Translations under genes and position numbers: made by a program | In this document: piece after piece, positions 6,360-12,138 of the stretch | Layout: every line of letters begins with the position of its first letter | How positions within the stretch are numbered: the stretch's first letter is position 1 | The notes under the pieces: model-generated | The model's input: only the letters and a program-made list of their open reading frames with translations | Told to the model about the DNA's origin: nothing | Databases searched by the model: none | Assembly (NCBI GenBank): GCA_030587475.2 | Contig: JAUQYZ020000079.1 | Location: 1 to 12,138 of the forward strand | Source of the DNA: Candidatus Sigynarchaeum calidifontis | GTDB taxonomy: Archaea; Asgardarchaeota; Lokiarchaeia; Sigyniarchaeales; Sigyniarchaeaceae | Length of the DNA: 12,138 nt | Direction: 5' to 3'

Positions 6360-7190
6360 TCACGTGCGGGTACTCTTGCACGCAGCGACCAGGTCGTCGA
6401 GGTCGAACACGAACCCGAACGCGAGAGCCACGCGCCACAGCGCGTTTTCCTTGCCGAGCTCGCCCCGCGCGGTCTCCTTGTTCTCCAGCGCGGTCGTTGC
6501 TTGGCGGATCGCGCTGCACATGACGCCGTGGCGCGACATGTCGACCATCCCGCCAGGCGACAAGAGCAAGCACCAATTAATCGCGAAGCCCGAGTAGATG
6601 AGATGGTTCACGCGATGTTTCTTGCAAAGGGCAAGCAGCTGCGGCGTGTTTTCGGCGACGGCCTCTGTGTCGAGCGGCCGCGCTTCCGGCGGGAAATCGA
6701 GCCGCTCGAATCCCTTCTTGATGTCGGCCTGGTTGTGCTCGCCGCCCCCCGCGTGCGCAGCGCGAGCCTCATCTAGCTTTTTTCTCGCCGCGTCCCGGCG
6801 CACGCTCCCGTTCCCGAGCGACGCGAGGAGCTGCTGCCACCACGCGAGCCGCCGGGTCTTGACGTAGCCGGGCAAGTGCTTGTAATATTTTCCCCCGCTC
6901 ACCACGTGGATCACGCGCATCCCGGCACCACGGGCCGCGGCGAGCAGCCCCGGGAACACCTCCTTCAAGATCTTATTTGCCCTAGGCAAGTATTCCACGT
7001 GCCGGTACCAGCCCGGGAACATCTCGGGCGTTCCCGTGTCCCACGCGTGCATGACGACGAGGGCGGTGTGGTCGAGATCGATGTCGACATCGAGCCTCGT
7101 CCAGCCACCAAACGCCTCGGCCGGCACGTCACGTGACAGGTCGGCGTCGAACTGCCGGTAGAGCCACGCGGGCACGTGCAAGGTCGTCAC
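6360..7190 (-). CDS. Isochorismatase-like (cysteine hydrolase superfamily) protein (276 aa)
   Basis: HTALVVMHAWD first strand, LLAAARGAGMRVIHV, and LIYSGFAINWCLL containing the nucleophile Cys. GTG start preceded by GGAGG. Confidence 0.8.
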   Translation of the reverse strand: MTTLHVPAWLYRQFDADLSRDVPAEAFGGWTRLDVDIDLDHTALVVMHAWDTGTPEMFPGWYRHVEYLPRANKILKEVFPGLLAAARGAGMRVIHVVSGGKYYKHLPGYVKTRRLAWWQQLLASLGNGSVRRDAARKKLDEARAAHAGGGEHNQADIKKGFERLDFPPEARPLDTEAVAENTPQLLALCKKHRVNHLIYSGFAINWCLLLSPGGMVDMSRHGVMCSAIRQATTALENKETARGELGKENALWRVALAFGFVFDLDDLVAACKSTRT

Positions 7191-7238
7191 GGGATCGTTT
7201 CCTCCGTCATGATGGAACGTGGAAGAAAAGAGAATCGG

Positions 7239-8216
7239 TTACAGTGGAGCTTCCTCGCCGAACGTTTCCTTGTAGCGCCGCTTGAATTCCTTCGTGTCGA
7301 GCGATGGTAGCTGCCCGCCAGCGTGCTCGACCTTGAGCGAGCCGATGACCACGCCGAGCTTGGCCGATTGGATGACATCGAGCCCCCTGGTAAGGCCGTA
7401 AAGCAGCGCGCCGCGGAACGAGTCGCCTGCCCCCGTCGGGTCGACCACCGCCTTGGCCTTGGCGATGGGCAGCTCGGTCACCTTGCCCTTGACCTTGATC
7501 GTCGAGCCCGACGAGCCGCGCGTCGTGATGACCCAGTCGAGCTTGTCGATGGCATCGGGCGTGGCATCGCCGAACCGCTTGGCAACGCTATCGAGCTCGT
7601 GCTCGTTGGAGATGAAGGCTTGCGAGTTTGACAGGATCTCGGCGAACTGGTCGGGCGTGAGCGCGTTGAGCACCTGGCCCGGGTCGAAGATGGCGGGGAT
7701 GCCCATCCGTGACAGCTGGCGGGAGAACTTGACCATGGCGGCCATGTTGTTCGGCGCGTTGATGGCGATCCGCACGTTGTCTTGTTTCTTGATGATCTTT
7801 TCCAGATCGAGCCGCTCGTTGCAGTTGAGCGCCCCGCCGTGGAACACGGTGATCTGGTTTTTCTTGACGTCGTTGAAGATGTAGCACGATGCCGTCGAAT
7901 CATCTGCGATGCATTCGACGCGGAGATCGACGCCCGCTTTCCTTATGCGATCCTCGTATCCGAGCGCCGCGAAGTCCTTGCCAACGCATCCCGCGACGAT
8001 CGGCTTGCCGCCAAGGAGCGCCATGCTGTAGGCGATGTTGCCGGCAGTGCCGCCGAAGTGCACGACCTTTTTCACGCTCATGAAGGTACCCTGCACTTCT
8101 TTCTTGTCATGCTTGATGGACAAGGCCTCGTAATAATTTTCAGGGCTGTCCATGATGTAATCGAAGGCAAGCGAGCCCAGCACCAGTGCCTTGCCTTGGG
8201 TCTTCGTGTCTCCCAT
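7239..8216 (-). CDS. PfkB/ribokinase-family kinase, probably nucleoside (adenosine/inosine-type) kinase (325 aa)
   Basis: GSLAFDYI, FGGTAGNIAYSMALLG, FDPGQ, NEHE, ITTRGSSGS and the PfkB signature VVDPTGAGDSFRGA. Confidence 0.9.
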   Translation of the reverse strand: MGDTKTQGKALVLGSLAFDYIMDSPENYYEALSIKHDKKEVQGTFMSVKKVVHFGGTAGNIAYSMALLGGKPIVAGCVGKDFAALGYEDRIRKAGVDLRVECIADDSTASCYIFNDVKKNQITVFHGGALNCNERLDLEKIIKKQDNVRIAINAPNNMAAMVKFSRQLSRMGIPAIFDPGQVLNALTPDQFAEILSNSQAFISNEHELDSVAKRFGDATPDAIDKLDWVITTRGSSGSTIKVKGKVTELPIAKAKAVVDPTGAGDSFRGALLYGLTRGLDVIQSAKLGVVIGSLKVEHAGGQLPSLDTKEFKRRYKETFGEEAPL

Positions 8217-8281
8217 GGGAATCCATCCGTCAAAAATGGAATGTAATACTTGGACTTATGAACGCGCGGGATAAGATGGTT

Positions 8282-9079
8282 TCACTCGATCCTAAGGGGC
8301 TTCCCGGCGATGATGGAATCAACAAGGGCCTTGCGATCGAGATCCGCGGGAATGACATGGGCGAAATAGCCGAGCACGTTGTCGATGTCCCGGTCGAAAT
8401 ACTTGCGGGAATTGGGATGATCCATCAAGACGCCCTGGGCGAAATCGATAAAATATACTTGGTCTTTTTCCTCGTCATACAAGATATTGTAGGCACTGAG
8501 ATCCCCGTGGACGAGCCTTGCCTTGGCGATGAGATTTGCCATGCCTTGCAGGATCGCGTTGAGGTGCTTCTTCGGGTTCGCCAGCTCGATCTCGGTCAGC
8601 CGGCGGGCGGGCGTGCCTTGCCTGCCTATGAACTCCATGACGAGCACGTTCTCTCGCACGGCCACGGGTTCCGGGCACGGGGCACCGGCTTCCTTTGCAC
8701 GCTTGAGGTTCTTGAACTCTTTCATCGCCCATGTCGTTATTAGCACTCGCGAATCCTTTTTCCGATACTTAGCGAAGCGCGGGTCGCCCACGATGTAGTC
8801 ATGCATCCACTTTGACGTTTGCGAGTTGATGCGAAAGATCTTGATCGCGAGCTCGCGTCCGCCGGCACCGATGGCATTATATACATTTGCTTCCTTGCCG
8901 GCATTGACGATCCCGACGAGTTTCTGGATTATTCCTTTGCCTTGCATGTCAAACAGGATCTTGCTCACGCGCGGGGACATCACGGCCTCCTGAGCCTTGC
9001 GGTCGGAGCTGTCCTTGAGACGTTCCCGCCGCTTGTCCACCTTCTCTGCGAGCATCTCGTCCACGCGATCCCGAGGCAT
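8282..9079 (-). CDS. rio1: RIO1-family atypical serine kinase/ATPase (small-subunit biogenesis; 265 aa)
   Basis: GKEANVY, AIKIFR, YIVGDPRF, W..KEFKNL.R, NVLVMEFIG, LVHGDLSAYNIL, IDFAQ. No N-terminal winged helix of RIO2 is apparent. Confidence 0.93.
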   Translation of the reverse strand: MPRDRVDEMLAEKVDKRRERLKDSSDRKAQEAVMSPRVSKILFDMQGKGIIQKLVGIVNAGKEANVYNAIGAGGRELAIKIFRINSQTSKWMHDYIVGDPRFAKYRKKDSRVLITTWAMKEFKNLKRAKEAGAPCPEPVAVRENVLVMEFIGRQGTPARRLTEIELANPKKHLNAILQGMANLIAKARLVHGDLSAYNILYDEEKDQVYFIDFAQGVLMDHPNSRKYFDRDIDNVLGYFAHVIPADLDRKALVDSIIAGKPLRIE

Positions 9080-9103
9080 GACGGGATCACGACATGCGGG
9101 AGC

Positions 9104-9110
9104 ATTAAAC
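9104..9110 (-). promoter_or_regulatory. Putative TATA box for rio1 (leaderless)
   Basis: TTTAAT on the minus strand about 25-30 nt upstream of ATG 9079. Confidence 0.35.
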
Positions 9111-9221
9111 CTTCACGTGATGAGCTAGAGGGGCAAGTGGCGTGGTGCGGCCATCACCTTCAATGATATAAGCCACGCGCTATATCTACCAGCATAACTA
9201 CCCGACGATGCGTGCACCACC

Positions 9222-9494
9222 ATGTCCGACGCGAAGCGTGCAGAACTGCTTGAGAAAGTCAAAAAGGTCAAGGAGATGATGGAAGACCTTGATGACATCG
9301 ATATTGGCCGCTTGAAAAAGGCGTGCGAGCGCGTCGAGGACTTTATGGATGATAACGGGCTCGTGCTATCGGTAGAGGAATGTCCTTTCTATTCTCCGGA
9401 AGGAGCCGAGAACCACGCCAAGGACTTGATGGATCTCGTCTACCGGGCCAGGGAAAAATGCCCGTTTTGCGGTACCGAGCTGTTCTTGTATTAA
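9222..9494 (+). CDS. Small hypothetical protein (90 aa): helical N-terminus and C-terminal putative Zn site
   Basis: Protein-like charged helical N-terminus, CPFY...H...CPFCG at the C-terminus, and TATA-like sequences upstream (9165-9188). Fills the gap between a divergent and a convergent neighbour. Confidence 0.7.
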   Translation: MSDAKRAELLEKVKKVKEMMEDLDDIDIGRLKKACERVEDFMDDNGLVLSVEECPFYSPEGAENHAKDLMDLVYRAREKCPFCGTELFLY

Positions 9495-10201
9495 CTTTCT
9501 TGCTTCCTGGCTTTGCCCCACGGGCAGACCGCCACGCACACGCCGCACACGCTCTTCGTGATGCCCGGCAATTTACCGAACTCCTTGAGCTGGGCATCGC
9601 ACTTGTCGAGATCGACGCCATCATTCGGATCAAGGTGATAGAATTCCGGGGCCGTGCCCTTGATCGCTCGGGCCGGGCACGCGTCGACGCAAGCATGGCA
9701 TTGCCCGCACCGGTTTGGCATCATCGTTCCCGGTTTGCAGGGCATATCGGTGAGGACGGTCGCGAGGCGGACGCGGGGACCGAAGTCTGGGGTGACGAGG
9801 AGCAGGCTTTTCCCTTGCCAGCCGAGCCCCGCCGCGTGGGCGACTGCCTTGTGCGATATGGCCCCGAACCGGCGGCCCTCCGAAGCCATTTTCGATGCGG
9901 GTATCGCCTTGGCATGGAATCCTTTTTCCTCGATCCATTGCTCGATGCGGGTGGCCGCGGCGTCCAACCGGGCATTCGCATCGATATATGCTTGGTTATA
10001 TTCCGGGGTCGGTTTTGATTCGATCTTGTCGAGCACTTCATCAGCCAAGTGGACGGCGATGGCGATGGCAGTGGAGAACGGATCCAGGAGATCAGCTGGC
10101 CTGCATGCCTTCGCGGCCTTGAATGAAGAAAGGTCGGCAAAGCCCACGAGATCGATGCCTAACTCCCGGCTCTTTTTTCTTGCGCTCTCCGAGAAATCCA
10201 T
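9491..10201 (-). CDS. QueG / reductive-dehalogenase-like cobalamin and 2x[4Fe-4S] protein (236 aa)
   Basis: Start placed at ATG 10201 (MDFSESARKKSRELGIDLVGFAD), 4 nt after the upstream stop. Motifs SHKAVAHAAGLGWQGKSLLLVTPDFGPRVRLATVLT, CGQCHACVDACP and KC...CGVCVAVCPWG. Confidence 0.85.
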   Translation of the reverse strand: MDFSESARKKSRELGIDLVGFADLSSFKAAKACRPADLLDPFSTAIAIAVHLADEVLDKIESKPTPEYNQAYIDANARLDAAATRIEQWIEEKGFHAKAIPASKMASEGRRFGAISHKAVAHAAGLGWQGKSLLLVTPDFGPRVRLATVLTDMPCKPGTMMPNRCGQCHACVDACPARAIKGTAPEFYHLDPNDGVDLDKCDAQLKEFGKLPGITKSVCGVCVAVCPWGKARKQES

Positions 10202-10205
10202 CTTT

Positions 10206-10496
10206 CTACACCAGCCGATTGAACATTGCATGCTTCGTATAAGGCCCGGTTCGACGAATTTTCCCTCGGCGATCGTCATTCCCGCAAGATCCCTCATCCC
10301 AAGCGATCTCGAACACGCCCTTTACACCCCGCCAGTTCAAGGTTCGTTGCAAGTCATCAAGGTCTACCTTCTTGAGTGCGCGTCGCAGCATTAGCTCGAA
10401 AAACTGCCCGAAGGCTTTCATCGAGAGAAGCGCTGGGACGATGAATACGGCAAGCAATACGCGGAAGGCAATGATGACCATGTTCTCCCATTTCAA
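10206..10496 (-). CDS. Small hypothetical membrane-anchored protein (up to 96 aa)
   Basis: TTG start overlaps the radical SAM TGA stop (TTGA); an alternative ATG lies at 10481. Hydrophobic segment VIIAFRVLLAVFIVPALL. The stop is 4 nt before the next ATG. Confidence 0.55.
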   Translation of the reverse strand: MKWENMVIIAFRVLLAVFIVPALLSMKAFGQFFELMLRRALKKVDLDDLQRTLNWRGVKGVFEIAWDEGSCGNDDRRGKIRRTGPYTKHAMFNRLV

Positions 10497-11962
10497 GCCG
10501 ATCCACCTCCTCTCCTCATGCCATTTCGCACCATGTCCAAGAAATAAAGCACGAAGGCGTCTCTTTTAAAAGTGTCCCATAAAAACCTGGTTTGCCGCTT
10601 GGCGTTCGACCAGAAGCGGACGAACCCCTCGTTGACGAGAGCCTTCAAGACTGCTCGTGGAACCGTTCCTGGGATCATGTCCGCCACGTATAACTCCCGT
10701 TTCCAATCATCCGGGCCGGGCGTGTAACGACCGCTGGCTACCAGGTCTGCGTAAAGGCTCGATACAGGGGTTGTGCTGAGTATCTGGAGCATCGCGAAGG
10801 AGATGCCGAGCCGCTCTGCAAATTTCACGGTGTTAATTGCCTCCGCCAACGTCTCGTCCGGGGCCCCGACGACGAACGAGGCCATGATCATTCCTATACC
10901 TGCGTCGCTGGCGTTGCGCACGGCTGTTTGGGCTTGCTCGACCGTGAAGCCCTTCTTGTAAAAATCAAGCAATCGCTGGTTCCCACTTTCGATCCCCATG
11001 AGGATTGATTGGAAGCCCCCCGAGGCAAGCGTGCGCAGCATGGGCTTGGTGGCAGAATCCACGCGCACGTCGGAGGAAAACCGCAATCCCCTGAGACCTT
11101 CTTGCACGATCCCTTGGCAGATGCGGAACGCGCGCTTTTTATTTAGCGCAAAGTTACTATCGATGACGATGATGTCCTCGTACCCGTCCGATTGTAACCG
11201 GTGCAATTCCTCAAGCACGTTCTCAGGAGATCTTGCACGCCACGCCCTTCCCATGAGCCGCTCGAACGTGCAAAACTTGCAATCGAACGGGCAGCCACGG
11301 CTGGTCAATATCGTCGTGGATTTCCGCTGGAACCTGTAATTGAAATCAACGAGTCTCCGGTCCGGGATCGGCAAGGTATCGAGGTCGACGACGGGCTCCG
11401 GGGGCAAGCCCGCCTTCACGAGCCCGTGCTCCCGATAGATCACCCCCTTCATCGATGCAAGATCCCCCTTGTGCTTGAGCACGTGGTCGACGAGTGCCAG
11501 GAGGGCGATTTCCCCTTCTCCCCGGATACAGTAATCGACGCTCATCTCCCGCATCACGTTTTCCGGGAAGAACGTGGGGATGTAATTGCCGGCGATGATC
11601 GTGATGTTCGGGTTCCATGATTTAACGCGCTTGACGAGGTCACGCGTGGCCGCAAAGTTGCGGAGATAAACAGACACCCCGAGGATATGCGGGTCTGCTT
11701 TTTTTATGACGCCCTCCAGGATTTCTGCATTGCTTGCACCCGTCACGGCTTGGTCGTACACGCGCGCCTGATACCCTTTATCAGATAGAATTTGTGCGAG
11801 ATAGAGTAACCCGAGCGGGGGCATGGCAACTTGTTTCGGCGTGAACGATCCATTCTCCCGATCGGCTCCAACCGCGTCCCCAAGGACACATAACAAGACG
11901 TCCATCAACAGCATCTCGGAATGAGGATTCAAATAGATAGCTACATCGGAAGGATCGATCAT
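10493..11962 (-). CDS. Cobalamin-binding radical SAM enzyme (class B methyltransferase-like; 489 aa, start uncertain)
   Basis: N-terminal B12-binding region (MPPLGLLYLAQIL, ILGVS, IIAGN, IRGEGE), then TSRGCPFDCKFC (CxxxCxxC), RARSPENVLEE, GIESGNQRLL and FVVGAPDET. Confidence 0.93.
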   Translation of the reverse strand: MIDPSDVAIYLNPHSEMLLMDVLLCVLGDAVGADRENGSFTPKQVAMPPLGLLYLAQILSDKGYQARVYDQAVTGASNAEILEGVIKKADPHILGVSVYLRNFAATRDLVKRVKSWNPNITIIAGNYIPTFFPENVMREMSVDYCIRGEGEIALLALVDHVLKHKGDLASMKGVIYREHGLVKAGLPPEPVVDLDTLPIPDRRLVDFNYRFQRKSTTILTSRGCPFDCKFCTFERLMGRAWRARSPENVLEELHRLQSDGYEDIIVIDSNFALNKKRAFRICQGIVQEGLRGLRFSSDVRVDSATKPMLRTLASGGFQSILMGIESGNQRLLDFYKKGFTVEQAQTAVRNASDAGIGMIMASFVVGAPDETLAEAINTVKFAERLGISFAMLQILSTTPVSSLYADLVASGRYTPGPDDWKRELYVADMIPGTVPRAVLKALVNEGFVRFWSNAKRQTRFLWDTFKRDAFVLYFLDMVRNGMRRGGGSA

Positions 11963-12138
11963 TTCTAACGAGCGGGAAGTGGATCCTCACGTCTCTTCAT
12001 CGGACAATGAGAATAAAGAAAAAATGGTGGACCGCCTGGGCTTACCGGACGATTTTTTTTTGTCAAGATCGTCATTCGGTCCCAGGACCTTGACCGTCCG
12101 TTCTTATGCAGAACGAGATCACGGTTATCAGCCGTGCG

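Noticed and set aside
10202-10297. N-terminal extension of the QueG-like ORF from 10297
   Set aside because: It overlaps the 10206-10496 ORF, and family-like sequence begins at ATG 10201.
11963-12138. Open frame from ATG 12024 on the + strand running to the right edge
   Set aside because: It is only about 38 codons, crosses a T9 run and has no recognisable similarity. It cannot be supported without flanking sequence.
1-12138. CRISPR arrays, tandem repeats and IS elements
   Set aside because: No regularly spaced repeats, terminal inverted repeats or transposase-like ORFs were seen by eye.

Overview
GC-rich archaeal chromosomal window. Archaeal origin is supported by an archaeal-type uL2, a RIO1 kinase, tRNAs without encoded CCA, and TATA-like boxes about 25-30 nt upstream of several start codons. 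An Asgard/Lokiarchaeia-like host is plausible but is only inference. Contents in order: the 5' end of a probable TGT-family (archaeosine-type) gene at the left edge; a PHP phosphoesterase; a stand-alone rpl2; a translationally coupled two-gene unit; lysA; a decayed GNAT acetyltransferase; tandem tRNA-Ala(UGC) and tRNA-Glu(UUC); an isochorismatase-like cysteine hydrolase; a PfkB nucleoside-type kinase; rio1; a small Cys/His protein; and a three-gene unit (B12-binding radical SAM enzyme, small membrane protein, QueG-like cobalamin/Fe-S protein). The most novel element is the two-gene unit at 1800-4186. It encodes a 574-aa protein that appears to fuse a PriS-like archaeo-eukaryotic primase/polymerase (AEP) domain, carrying a Zn-finger insert, to a compact alkaline-phosphatase-superfamily (NPP/PglZ-like) domain. 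Its coupled partner is a 221-aa protein with 8 Cys and a topoisomerase-IA-like zinc ribbon. All domain calls are by eye from motifs; no searches were run.
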